Both the position numbers and the translations under genes were made by a program. A DNA stretch of 63,785 nucleotides, filler included, from Guillardia theta CCMP2712 (lineage: Eukaryota; Protista; Cryptophyta), in the NCBI RefSeq assembly GCF_000315625.1. It is 6 parts of 6 records of this genome, joined end to end, with 100 filler letters (N's around TTAATTAATTAA, not from the genome) between each part and the next. Parts side by side here need not be neighbours in the genome. Positions count along the whole stretch, not along the records: positions 1 to 18,757 come from NW_005434591.1; positions 18,858 to 47,599 come from NW_005434673.1; 4 more parts are not named here. The stretch is one strand, 5' to 3'. This document shows, piece after piece, positions 9,933 to 27,932 of the stretch (position 1 is the first letter of the stretch; every line of letters begins with the position of its first letter). Below the pieces are notes generated by a model. That model was not told where the DNA came from, did no database searches, and saw only the letters and a list, made by a program, of their open reading frames with translations.

Positions 9933-12098
9933 TCATACACCTTGTTGAGACCATCGCAGGTCACGAGGGTCCCGTCGCTCGGGCTCGAACATCCTTTCCT
10001 CCTCTCTTGCAAACTTCTCCGGCATCGGGATCACCTGCTCTCCGCTCACTCCTTGCAACCTCACAACAACAACCCTCACCATCTCGCTGAAGGCTCTTGC
10101 TTGCGACAAGTCCGACGCCACTTTCTCCGTCAGACTTGCTATCACTTGAGGGTGAGAATCGATGAAAATTTTCCTCTCGTCGTCCTTGTACAACGTGACT
10201 ATCATCTGATAAACCATGCAACCGTCATCGTTATCATAGTCGCCATCGTTACCAGCATCATCACCATCATAATCGTCATAAACATGATCATACTCATCAT
10301 CATAACTCAGCAGCAGCAGCAGCAGGACAGTGACAAGGCCCCTCACCAGGAAGGAGGCTCCAAAGAGAAGCATCCAGAAGGCAGAGCCGTAGGACAAGAT
10401 CCAGCCCGTAGGGCTGAGACAAGGTGAGGACGTCGATCCCACCCATCATCCTGTACCTCGAGTCTTCGGAGTCGTACTCGGCCACGAAAGGATGCGTCAG
10501 GGCTACAGAGATGAGCGGGCAGAGAGAAACGATGAGCTCCATGATAGCCTGCGTGTCTCCTTCACTTCCATCACCTCGATCAGAACCCCACACACCGTTA
10601 CCACCACTGACGAAACGTGCTCGGCGTGAGGATACGACAAGTCAGTGGTGACTTGCTGAGTGAAAAACACGAGGGGCGCTGCAAAGAGGAACACAGCTCC
10701 TCCCACCAAAGCCAGCCCGAGCTCGTGAGTCCTGCCCAGCACCATGACGAAGATGAAGATGAAGAAGGCGGTCCCGCCGATGGCCACTAGGATGGGCTGC
10801 TTGTATCGCCCGCTGTTGGGTAGGTCGAGAACGTTTCCCTTGACCACAAAAAGCCCGACGATCCCCATGGGCCCTAGCAGACACAGGACGTGTCCTGCTT
10901 GCAGAGGCGTGTAGTTGTGGGGAGGGAGGCTGAGCAGATAAGGTAGGAGCATAAAGAAGGAGAAGATGCCGCCCATGGCCAGCCCAAGAGCAATCACAAC
11001 ATACATGAGCTTCTTGTTCTGCACAAGCTCAGAAAACGACATGGTCGTCTCGCTAGAGGAGCGATAGCGATACAGCAGACTCTCATCTCTCTCGGGCCCG
11101 CTGCTCGGGACCATGCCGGCTCGAACCCCAATCACCGCAGCCGAGAGCCCCGTCGCCAAGATCGCTCGCCACAGCAAGAACGATCCCAAGTGCTTGCCTT
11201 GACCGTCTCCTCCCACCATGGGAGGAACAGCGAGGAAGGCAAACGAAGACCCGAGCAGGACGCTGCACACCCAAAGGGTATGGGTCCAGGCATGCTTGTC
11301 GACGGATATCCAGAAAGCGCAGAGCTTTGCTGGTGTGCCAGAAAGAAAGGCGATGGTGACGCCGACAAACAGCTGGCCGAGAGCAAGGTACTCCAGCGGA
11401 GACCCGTAATGCGAGCACGAGGCAATCCAGCACCCAAGAGCGAGGCACAGACTTGCCCACGCCAGCACGTCCCACAGTGGGCTGCTCTGCACGAAGTTGT
11501 TGACGACTAGAGTTGTGACGGCGGAGAACAGCAAGGGCGCGGCATTGAGGAAGCAAACCTACAGGAACTGTGAGGACCTCACGAGCCCCTCTTACGCCGC
11601 ACCTGGAAGGAGCTAAAACCTATGGACGACCTCAAAGATTGAAAGAGCGGGACAAGGGAGAGCGCGGTGGCTGCAGCTGCGAATGCTAAGAGACAAGAAA
11701 CGAGGAGAATGATGGTTTGGCTGAACTCTGACGCGGGCTCAATGGGGATTGGTGTCTTGGGTGCAAGAATAGCCGTCGACAATGTTTCGCGAAGAGCCCT
11801 GCAAAAGAATCACCCGCATAACGAAACCGAGAAGGCTCAAAACAAGCTAAACGAGTTAAAAACAAGGCATTCAAGCTATCATGAAGAGGGGAGAGGAGAG
11901 GGAGAAGAGCTCAAAAGAGTCCAAGCAAGAGGTAGTACAGAAGAGAAAAAACAACGAGGATTACGTCAACGCGTCGTCGTCAGTTCTCCGTCGCTTTGGG
12001 CTCTCGAGCAGCTTGAGTCTCTCTTCTGCTGAAACCCCTGCAAGTGTGTCCATTGATCCATAAGCCGAAGATTCACCCTGGCCCTTCAAACGGACCAT
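9933..12098 (-). CDS. Major facilitator superfamily-like membrane transporter, multi-exon
   Basis: ORF 10503-11534 has ~10 hydrophobic helices with a central loop. Upstream exons are 11579-11782 and 11966-12098 (MVRLKGQGESSAYGS); downstream TM exons run to 9933. Confidence 0.7.
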
Positions 12099-12329
12099 TC
12101 TGCCTTCTCGTCAAGGTTAACTGTAGTAGAGCTCAACGAGGAGTGCAAAGCCAGCGATCTTGGAGTTTCAAAGACTTGGTTTGACGTGCTCTCTATGAGC
12201 CCAGCAGCAACTTGGAAGGTCAAGTTTGATAGATGTCGTCCTCCTCTCCTCGCCGGCCTCTCTCTCCCTCAGCCTCCTCCCCTCTCTCAGACCTCCGTCC
12301 CTGGCATTGTCGATGCTCCTATATCCGGG

Positions 12330-12960
12330 TGTTTCAGTTATGAACAGTTACAGGACACAGCCTAGTCGCCGGCCGGCCGCCGGCCCGGACCGTACGGCGG
12401 ACGCCGCGCGCCGGCCCGGCGGGCCCCGCCGGTGGCCGGCTGGCCCGCGGCCGGTGGCCGGCTGGCCCGGCCGGGCACTCAGTGCCGTCGCCGCCGGCAC
12501 ACTCCCGGACTCTCTCACTGTGACTCCGGGAGGGACAGGCCGCCGCTGTGCCACAGGCCGGGCGGCCCCCGGCACCGCTGGCCGGGCCGCGGGCCGCCCC
12601 TTGACAGCGGCCCAGTGTCGGACTCGGTCCGATCAATATAACTTGAAAGCTGGGCCGTACAAGTCCGGCCGCCGCGCGGAGCCTCAGCAGTGAGTCCCGT
12701 GTAAACAAGCTTGAACATCGGCAGTGTACCAATCTCTTATCACCTCTGTTAGTCAAAAGTTCTCTGCGTCCTGATATTATGTGCCAGCCCGGCTCCATCT
12801 TTACTCAAAGTTAAGGCCCACTGCCAGTAAAAATCAGAGCCAGCCACTGCGGCCCCGCCGGGCCCGTTCAGGCCCGGCCCTAGTATACTACCGGCCGGGC
12901 GCTCCGACTCAGCGGCCGGGCCGGCCTGGGGGACGAGACGCATTCGATTGAATTCGGTTG
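12330..12960. other. GC-rich CCGG/GGCC intergenic island 2
   Basis: Dense CCGG/GGCC; carries CTTTACTCAAAGTTAAG at 12799-12815, ACCGTACGGCGG at 12389-12400 and CGGTCCGATC at 12625-12634, all shared with island 1. Confidence 0.7.
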
Positions 12961-13764
12961 AAATCTCGTTATCCGCCCTCTCTCGCTGACCTCACTTGTA
13001 CCCCATGTACCCCTCCTCTCCCCTCAACAAGAGCTCATGATATGGGGGTAGGGTGTGAGAAGTCGCATTTTTAAATTGTTTTAAAAGCACTTTTGCGACC
13101 AGGTGAGGAAAATGCATTGAGGGTCGGGGGCAGGAGAGGGAAGGCAGGGTGGGATGGGAGGGAGAGAGAGCAGGTACTGGAGACGAGAGGAGGTAGTAAT
13201 CATACCTAACACACAAGACACAAGTGACCTCAGCTAGTTGAAGGGTTGAGGAGTTGGTTCTGGGTTGTTGCAGTGACACTTTTGTCATTTTTTGAGGAAT
13301 GTGGAACGAGCTTGAAAGAAGGGAAATGAAATGACGAGATCGTTTGAAGTTCTAGAGAGATTGAGCGAACAGATTGAGTTAAAACAGGTGCAAGAGATAG
13401 AAGGTTCTGATCAAATGTGTACAACTGAAGGGAAGAGAGGAAAGAAGTGGTTGTTTGAATTTGAAATGACTTGGATGGCGAGTGGATGTGGATGAAGGGG
13501 GCAGCGAGATTATTCATCAGCACACCGTGCATTTATCATAATGCGATTGATTGCAACGATGACACAAACACCTCAACATGTTCTGAGATGATATGGGATG
13601 CGATTCTTGGTTGATTCATCACGCAGATTTCGTTTGATGCGAATACCAAGACAGACCTCGATCGGGGATACGGAGTCAAGATAATTCACCCCCAACGTCC
13701 GACATAAGCTCAGTTTCACCTGAAGTCAGCTCGAAGCACGCTCAGAAACCAATCTCAGACGCAG

Positions 13765-16160
13765 ATGCAAACGCACGGAAGCATTCAGCTTGTTCCGGTG
13801 CAAGGGGATGTCAGAGTCTTCTCGCGACTAACAGATGCTCTGCATTGCGCTGGTTCGGGCGATACCGTCAAGATTCAGCCCGGCAAGTACGTGTTGGATG
13901 GACCTCTTGCCATAACACAAAAGAATCTCTCTATTGAAGCCTCCGAGGCCAATGTATATCCTCCTGCTGCCTCTGCAGATCACCCAAGGCCCATCCTCAC
14001 AGTCGAGGCTAGTGGGGTGAAGATTGTTGGGCTCCATTTCTTTGGGTCAGACAGAAAGAGAAAGAAAGATCCTCAAGGAGAGTTGAATGTCTGCGTTGCT
14101 GTCTATGAAGGAGACGCGCACTTTGAGTCATGTAGCGTGTCGGATTGGAATGGGGCAGGCATGCTCTTGACAGGATCGAGTTGTCCGCACATCTCAAATT
14201 GTACATTTCATGTAAGAAAAGAATTGAGTTGGCGTTGACCTGATTGGAATGTTAGGGTTGTGTTGCTCCAGCATTGGTTCTCATTGGTCAAGTGAATCCA
14301 ACTGTTGTGAAATGCTTGTTTCAAAACAACCAAAGCTACGACGTTGTTTGCAAAAACGAGGTACGAGGATGTTTTGAGTCCAACAGATTTTTGAATTGCA
14401 ATCGGAACTCAATCCTCGGTAATCTTATTTTCAAGTCTTCCTATGCTAACAAAGCTGAAGGTATGGACAAGAGCACAACTGTTTTCAAGGACAACCATTT
14501 CGCCGCAAGTTTTCACAGCGCATTTCTCATTCAGGGGAACAGCACTTGTGTCATCCAACAAAACTCAATAGTGGGAAGTCAGCAACATCAAATCCAAGTT
14601 ATCCAGCATTCAAACCCGAAAGTGCTCTCTAACATGATCATCGGAGGCGAAGCAGGTGGAATTTTTGTTCAGGACAACGCGTCTGGCTCTTTTGTGAGCA
14701 ACACGATCCAAGGAAATCAAGCCTACGGAATTTTTGTAATGGGAAAGTCACAGTCAATCTATCTAAACAACAAAGTATTGAATAACCGCCTTGGTGGAGT
14801 TTTTATCGGCGATGCAAGCCAACCAACACTAGACTCCAACAGCGTACGCAACAACGGTCATCACGGAGTTTTTATCAGTGGTCATAGTGCTCCTTTGCTG
14901 CAGGAAAATTTCATCCTTGAGAATCAGCTCTTCGGTTGTCAGGCGGAGGGAGCGGCAAGACCTTGTTTGCAGCTCAACACTGTTGCAGGAAACTTGAAGG
15001 GAGGAGTCTGCTTGGCTGGAAGTTCGTCCTCCTCCTTGTCTCACAATACTGTGAACATTGGCAGCACGCAGATGAAGCAACCGCTGGGAGTGTTGGTGCG
15101 GGACCGCGCCATTGCAGCCTTGCACGACAACAAGATCCACGAGAACGTGTCGTGCAACGTGGTGTTCAGAGATGATAGCTGCGGGAGTCTTGACAAAAAT
15201 GAGATCTGGGGCTGTGCATCAGGAGGCGTGATGATCCAAAGTCAGGCACAGGTAAGAATGACGGGTAACCTTGTAAGAGACAACGGACTGTGCAACCTTG
15301 GGATTATGGAGCATGCGTCCATCTTCTGTGAGAAGAATGTCATGCAAGATTCGCAAGACTTTGGGATCCTTGTGCTGGGGCACTCCAAAGCGTTGATGCG
15401 ATACAACATGATATCAGGCAACAAGAAGGGAGGCGTGCACTGCTCGGGCAAGAGCGAAGCGTACATCCTGCACAACAGAATCTGTCTCAGCAGAGGGAGT
15501 GGAATCCTTCTTTGCGAGAAAGTCAGGGTGCTGATCGAGAGCAACCTGATCCATGGGAACCTCGAAGCTGGACTCCTGGTGAAGAGGAAGTGTCATGTGG
15601 ACATCTTGTCAAACGTGGTGGAGACTTTGAGTGCCCCTGGATCATGTGCTATTACGATCTCGGACCTCTCCCATGGGCGAGTTGTGGGCAACATATTTCA
15701 GGTTGGAAAGTGCAACAACGTCCTCCCTGACAGTATCCATGAATCCTCAAACGCCTTTGTGATGCCCAAAAACTCCATCAATCTCGTGGAGCAAGCTTCG
15801 TTTCTCTGCGAGGACAAGGATGGTACATACCTGCTGGTTCAGGGACCCAGCTCCACATGTCTTGCTGTTCGTGACCGAGGAATCCCGAATTGTGTGGAAC
15901 CCGACGCTTTCTTGAAGAACCTGATGACATGCGACAACGAACAAGGAGGCACAGCCGGTCTCTGCAATCATATTCGCTTGTCGAAGAACAGGTCACCTTT
16001 CTTGTGCTCCAAAGTTATCGGTCTTCTGATCAACGTCTTCAGGGATGAGATAGAAAGTCAGAGAGCAAGTGCGCCCGTCCGCCCTGGCATCCATTCAGGA
16101 TCCAAGAGTTCGGATCAGCCCTGGCAACCGCACGCCAGCATGCTCCATCCTGTAATCTAG
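13765..16160 (+). CDS. Parallel beta-helix (PbH1/NosD/CASH, FBXO11-like) repeat protein
   Basis: DALHCAGSGDTVKIQPGKY N-terminal cap and many N-x-I-x-x-N-x-x-x-G-I/V repeats. GT-AG introns at 14212-14255 and probably 14419-14460. Confidence 0.88.
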
Positions 16161-17059
16161 AAGTTGTGAAGATGTGAACTAGCTAGAAATTTGAACGTGA
16201 AGAACGTGTGGACGAGGTGCGTGAAAGACCGTCGGCACAGGAGCAGCGGCGTGACTCAGTGACGCGGGAAGCGTGAGAAGAGGATCCGCGTGAAGAACAA
16301 GGAGGGAGAGCAGGGTAGGAGGAAGAGTGAGGGAGAGGAGTGAGTGAGTGAGTGAGTGAGTGAGGGAGGGAGAGCAGGGTAGGAGGGAGAGTGAGGGAGA
16401 GCTGGGTAGGAGGAAGGGGCTCTAAGCGATATGGACGATGAGGTACTTGCAGAGTAGCCACCATCTCGTTCTTGTTCTACGAAGAAATTTTGACGAGGTA
16501 CATCAAAAGGCTGAAAAAGGGGGGTGGAGGGGTCGCCGTCGAAATTAACAGGGAGGGGGTACATTTTATGACGTCTCATAGGGTGGGTACTAGTGCATAG
16601 AGTGTTAGGGGTACTCAGGATGGCATCAGCAGATGATTGAGGGGGTACGAGAACAGAATTGAGGGGGTACAGGGTGTTGTTTTCCTTAGATTTTCAACAG
16701 GGTAAAAATAGGGGTACTTGTCTGGAGTTTGAAGGGTAGAGGGTATTTACAAGGGGGTTCATTGGTGATTCAGGGTGGGTAGTACAGGTGAGGGAAAGGG
16801 TGGGGTCATGATCTATTAAAATTAAAAAATTATCTGTTTTACTAACAGAATGCAAGCGAGCACCATGTAGCAGGAGGCAGGAGGAGGAGGAGAAGGAGGA
16901 GAGGAGGGAGGAGACACGCATGCGGTGGAGAAGAATGAGAATCTTCTCGTGACATTGACTGCAATGAAGGCAATCATAGGGGAAACATTCACCGAAGAGG
17001 TGGAGGATTTGATAGGATAGGAAGAGGCTTGACAGGATGCGATAGCACAGGACATCACT

Positions 17060-17133
17060 GGATTGGATTGGATTGGATTGGATTGGATTGGATTGGATTG
17101 GATTGGATTGGATTGGATTGGATTGGATTGGAT
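17060..17133. repeat. (GGATT)n microsatellite
   Basis: Perfect pentamer array. Confidence 0.95.
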
Positions 17134-17612
17134 AGATTTGGATGGGATAAAATTGCACATTAATGCTGGTGAGGGGAGATGTAGCAAGGAGGGTAGAATA
17201 GCAACAACCTGTTGGAGGAGATGAGGAAACTAGTGTGATGGTGAGAAGTTGAGTAGGAAGAAAGGGATGAAATCACAATGGAGTAGAATCGATAAACGAA
17301 CTGCCTCTGTGCTGTAGTCTGACTAGCATGGTGCAAGTGCATTTGAGTGTACTGATGTTTCAAAGCAGCTACAGGAACGAAGCCTGATCGAGGTCTGCGA
17401 CTTTCGTCATTCATGGGAGGGGAATCATGGGGGAGAGGTTGAGTTGTCAGAGAGTCAGGTCGGATGTTCTCAGGAAGGAGAGGCTGAACTGAGCAGCAGA
17501 ACGGATTGTCGCCTCGCTCTACAGCCTGACCTTACCGGGTCAGCTATGAGGGGGGAGAACCAGTTGTGATAGTTCCTTGTGGGAGCTCTCGTTCCTCCTC
17601 TGCTCCGTTGCC

Positions 17613-18537
17613 ATGCGTGTTGTCAAACAAGCTCTGCAAGCTCTTCTCCTCCTCTCCTTGAGCTGCTCCTGCTTGGCGTTGGACGAGTGGGATGCAGATA
17701 TCAGGGAAGGGATTCAGCTGCACAAGAAGTACAACCACCGCAGAGCCATGCGGGTCATCCTCGAGAGCGCCAAGAAGGTCCCTCAGAACCAGAAAGAGAT
17801 CGCCTACTGGCTCATGGAGGAAGCACACCAGCTTCTTCAGGGTGAGGTCAGGGACGAGGTCGGAGCTCGAGGCCTACTGGACAGCGCCATGTCGGTGGCG
17901 CTGCTTGTGATGGACGCTGAGACGATCTACACAGTGGCCAACGTGTTCTGCTGGCAGGAGGCCTGCAGCAGGCTCTAGATGGCTACAAGCAGGTCCAGAA
18001 GCTCTACCCCAGCTCGCCTCCGCCTACCACCAGATCGGGTTGACGCTGTCGCGGATGAATCGGCTGGAGGAGGCGTTCGAGGCGTACAACGGCGCGATCG
18101 AGCTGCTGCCCTCATACGCCATCACCTACAACAACATCGGCGTCCTGCTCTCCAAGATGGGCAGGGTAGAAGAGGCCCTGGCGCACTACGAAGCTGCGTT
18201 CAGCATTGACGACAACTATGCGGATGCAAAGAACAACATCGCGGCAGCTAAGCTTCAGCTGGAGGCGAAAGAGAGGGAGGCGGCGGTGAAGAAGCTTGAC
18301 AGCGGCCTCTTTGACCTGCCGGCTGAGGACGCGACGGACGAGAAGGTGACGACGGCGCTCAGGAAGCTGATCCAAGATGCTGAGGCGAGGAGGAAGCGAG
18401 CCCCGACCGGAGTGCTGGATGAGGACCTGAAAGTCGCCCTGTCTAATGCCCTCCCCATCGTTAGGAAGAGCTCTGATCCTCATGCTCTGTTTGCCCTTGG
18501 AACCGTGCTGTACGAGCTCGGAGCCTTCTGGGAAGCT
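17613..18537 (+). CDS. TPR-repeat protein with signal peptide, 3' truncated at contig join
   Basis: Signal peptide MRVVKQALQALLLLSLSCSCLA; TPRs LEEAFEAYNGAIELLPSYAITYNNIGVLLSKMGRVEEALAHYEAAFSIDDNYADAKNNI; splice donor at 18538. Confidence 0.82.
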
Positions 18538-18857
18538 GTGAGCGAGGGAGGCGGGGAAAGAGGAGGAGAGAGAGAAATAGAGAGACAGAGTGGAAGAGGA
18601 GGGAGGGGAGAGGGAGGGAGGGGAGGAGGGAGGGGAGGGAGGGGAGGGAGGGGGGAGGGGGGAGGGAGGGGAGGGGGGAGGGGAGGGAGGGGAAGGAGGG
18701 GAGGGAGGGGAGGGGAGGGAGGGAGGGAGGGGAGGGGAGGGGAGGAGGGAGGGGAGGNNNNNNNNNNNNNNNNNNNNNNNNNNNNNNNNNNNNNNNNNNN
18801 NTTAATTAATTAANNNNNNNNNNNNNNNNNNNNNNNNNNNNNNNNNNNNNNNNNNNN

Positions 18858-24034
<5,177 letters not shown>

Positions 24035-25207
24035 GTCACTCGAGTCCGGGTCAACGTCTGTGCTCTTCGTCAGGTCCGAGCACGACAATCTGACACAGGC
24101 TCACCCTTGGCTTCAAGAGACTGCATTTCACACAATCTCGAAAAGTGGGTTGAGTGATGGTATTCTGATCTCCCTACAGAGAATCACGACTATTGTATAG
24201 CAGTATGCCTTGTAGATAGGGTTGGTTTTATCATTTTCCTCCTTCCCTCTCCGCCTCCTCCTTCACCTCCTGCTTGTTCACGCCCTCCTCCCTGCTAACT
24301 ACAGCCATTGTTCTCCCCGACGTGCTGGGGCACTCTCACCTTTATTAGATTTTTTTCGATGTTGTCTTTAAATTTCAAATGTAAATATGAAATATTTGAA
24401 ATTGTTTTTCAATGTTTTCTACGAAGAAGGTTTACTCATTCTGACAACAGTTACAGGACGTTGATGATCTTCTGTAACGTTACTTTTTCAGTTATGACCT
24501 AGTCAAAAATCCGTTTTTTGACCGTTGCGCTTGAAAGGCGACAGGACTGTCATCAAATTTGAAGCAAAACTGGTTCAATTCATAAATATGGTGAATCTAA
24601 TATTCAAATATTGAAAGAGAGTTTCTAAAATTTCTTTTCCATGCTGAAATTTTGAGGCTCTTGCTTGACACATGGCCGGCATTTGGACGATGGGAAGTCA
24701 CTTGCAAAAGGGGGGTACCCATGAGTACCAGAAGGTGTCTGGCCAGTGATAAGTAGGGGTAGTCTTGGGTCCAAAATGGGGTACTGCTGGTGTTCTGGGG
24801 TGGTGAAGGACCCACGGTGGTCAGAAAGGTACTGGCAGGAGACGACCCGCCATGTTTGATTGTGCATGCTTCAGGTGAGGCAACGACGACGCCATGATGG
24901 CGCGCCAGAGAGAAGAATGCTGAGGGAGCAGCGGGAGGAGAGGAGATGTGCATGAAGAAACTTGAGGAGGAGAGCACTGGGTGGAGGAGGGGGGTGGTGG
25001 AGGAGGCTGAGGGGGGTTACTTGGGACACCATGGAGACTTTCCATAGATGCAGTGGAGGAGCGAGCAATCGCTGGAGGGAACTCGAGTCCGAGCAGACCA
25101 GTATGAAAGAGGCGATCCAGATGTTCAGTTTTGAGTTACCACAGGATCAGGAGGATAAGGATTAGAGATTGAGAAAGTTTATGTAGTGAATTCAGAGGAA
25201 TCGAGCA

Positions 25208-26058
25208 TGAAGGATGAGAAGGACCTTTCTTATGTCAACAGGATAAGAAGGAATTATATTTTTCTTGTGATTTCTCACTTGATTGTGTCCTGCATAGGAA
25301 TGACTCTAGCAACAAAGTCAGAAACAGTTCTCAGAACTCTTCAATGCAGCAGCCAGAGGTGACTGCGTCCTTTTGAAGAGCAGCTGCGATCGCTGAACAC
25401 CCTGCGCATGCAGGAGTGCGGATGCGGCATAGTATTTGGTACTGACCCCTCCGGCTCCCTGGTGTGCCGATCCTTCGTTCCTGGAGGTCCAGCGGAAGCG
25501 TCCGGTCTCGTTCAAGTCGGAGACATCTTGGCTTCGGTCGATGGCTGTGATGTTCTACGGAAACCTGTTGCCCAGGTTGCTCCGCTCCTGCTGGGAAAGA
25601 CGGGCAGGTGAGCTGAGACGCATGCTCAGCATCCCCTGGAGCTGAGATCTTGTCGCAGCCGAGTGCGACTGGGCTTGCAGCGAAGTGGAACGTAATTTTT
25701 CCTGTCTTTTTGCAACTGATGTGCGTTTGTTGATTCCGTGGTGCCTGTCAGTTACCTCGTGGTGGAGCTGGAGAGAAGGCCTTCCACGCCTGCTGGAGCC
25801 CTCACTGCGTTCATGAGCGCGATGGGTACGAGCACCAGCTCCACTGGCCCGTCGACTGAGCAATCGCAGGTGAAAACGGCAACAAAACTCGATGAAGATT
25901 TTCGCTGGGCACTTTTCTTCGATCACCATCCTTGTCTCCCCATTGTGTTTGGAAACGATGTAATTTCAAGGTTTTTGCAAATAAAACAAAAGAATACACA
26001 AGTCGGACAGGCTGCCCGGGCTGAATACTACAGAGTACAGGGATTACTGAAGGGCTGA
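25208..26058 (+). CDS. PDZ-domain protein, multi-exon; 5' end uncertain
   Basis: CGCGIVFGTDPSGSLVCRSFVPGGPAEASGLVQVGDILASVDGCDVLRKPVAQVAPLLLGKTG...VVELER. Confidence 0.75.
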
Positions 26059-27659
26059 AATTGTGGTTCACCGATTGGGCGGTCGACCTTCCATAGCAGA
26101 TGATACAACTGACGGTTGTAGGTTTCATAGAATTCCTGCCGAGAGTTAGATAAGACGCATGATACATTTTTTCATTGCCTTCAGCATAGAACAAGTTTGA
26201 GCGTCAAGGTCTTGTAGTGAGATCTACGTGAGACCGATCCAAGTCAGACTACCACTTAATTAGCATCATGACTGCCTCCTTGCCTTGGATAGATGATGCT
26301 GAGCATTGAGATGTGGCAAATTAAGCTTTCTCCACTCTACCAGCTCAATGTTACGCATAAGTAGCGTTCTCCCCGACTATCAACCTGTATTGTCGGCTCC
26401 TAGAAATTTGCCCAATCCTGCAAGCGTAGCTTTGGAGTCACTCATGAGACTATCGAAGTTTACGACGAAAGTCTGCAATTCTGCTCAATAACTTTGGAGA
26501 TACCGTCATGACTTGACCTGATTTCTGTCAAAACTCTTCAACCACGCTTGCAGCTGCTGCACGTAAATTCCACCTTGGAGGTTGTACGACGATGCATGGA
26601 GTCTGGAGAATAGGAATCGATCCATGCAAGACGACACAGCAGCATTACCTCAAATCTTCTCTCACCACTTCGCGGTAGCATTCAAGAGCTTTATCCTTTC
26701 TTGCTTCACAATCAAGCTTTCAGTGCGGGCAAGAAACAGTTGAAGCTAAACCTCCCCGTCGAAGAATGGCACAGTGCTGAAATTTCTGCACACCCAGGGA
26801 ACAAGGACACAAGTCACTTCAGTTTCACGATGATCATTTCAGACCTTGTACTCCGAAAACCCATTCGCCTGCCCAAGGTGATTGAACCAGGCGAGATGCC
26901 GAGAGACAGGTTCTCGCAGACGACGATGAATCTAGACATCATCTTAGCATTCCACAGCAACATTTAGTCAGAACGATACCGACACTTCCCATGCAATGAT
27001 CGGGGGATCTGCAAATTCAGTCAGTGCGATGGTTGGATAGTTGGAGTCATCCCGACGTCTCCATCGGATGCGCATACTTACCGTCTGTTTCATTCGTTCT
27101 GCTCCTCCAGCAGATCGAAGATAGGTAGGCGTTGCATCGACATACTCATGAAAATCGTCTGTTGTACAGTTGAATTCCCACGAGGAGGGACAACTCATAT
27201 GCTGCTGTACCTCTGTACCTCATACATTTTGGATCTCGACCAAAGAAGGAGAGATAGAAGCTCGCGCCCTTCTCAAAGTTCTGTCTGATATTGAAGAAGC
27301 TGACCTCCTACCAACATAAAAGAACAAAATCTCAGCCAAACAACTCATAGTCGGAGGAACGAAGCAGGGCCTACCTTGTTGCCGACGGCATGTTTGGGGG
27401 CACAGAACTTCGGATGATGGAAGAGCATGGCTGCAAGAGACGTAGTTCCTGCCTTCGGACTCCCGATGATGAACACCGTCGGCCATACCATTCGCTGAAG
27501 CCGCACAGACCTCTTCGTCTTCGCGCGATTCACTTGTTCATGCTCTCGCATGGACTCAAACAACATGAAGTTGAGGGCAATCAGGCTGAGGATCATGAAG
27601 AGCATGCATAGTGGCCATCGATGTGCTCTCTGCTGTCTCTTCGCTTCTCGTCTTCTCAT
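26028..27659 (-). CDS. Type II membrane sulfotransferase (heparan sulfate 3-O-sulfotransferase-like fold), multi-exon
   Basis: N-terminal TM helix; 5'-PSB loop PTVFIIGSPKAGTTSLAAMLFHHP; YVDATPTYL; C-terminal EFYETYNRQLYHLL...FQPFSNPCTL* with stop at 26028-26030. Confidence 0.85.
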
Positions 27660-27932
27660 CTCCTCTCCTCATCGCCATCCCTCCCCTTCCTCCCAGTTGC
27701 TCGCATGGCCCAGTCGCATGGCAAGGGTTTTGCCCGGCCAACTATCGGGCACTTTCGCTGCAAGATTTCATTTAAAACTTCAAATTATGTTTTCGAATTT
27801 CGAATTATGGCTCCAACCGCTGTTCAATTTTACAACAGTTTTCATGTAACTGTTTCAAAAGCTGTGAGATCCATTTTCAAAGTGACCAGCTACCGCCATG
27901 GCGTACCAGTCGTTCCCCGCGGCGGATCTGAC

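Noticed and set aside
17060-17133. (GGATT)n as a telomere or CRISPR-like array
   Set aside because: No spacers and no cas genes; it is internal and one of many different pentamer microsatellites here.
18758-18857. N44-TTAATTAATTAA-N44 block, repeated at 47600-47699, 54153-54252, 58357-58456 and 60299-60398
   Set aside because: Identical 100-bp spacer with stops in all six frames: an artificial contig linker, not a biological repeat. Adjacency across it cannot be trusted.
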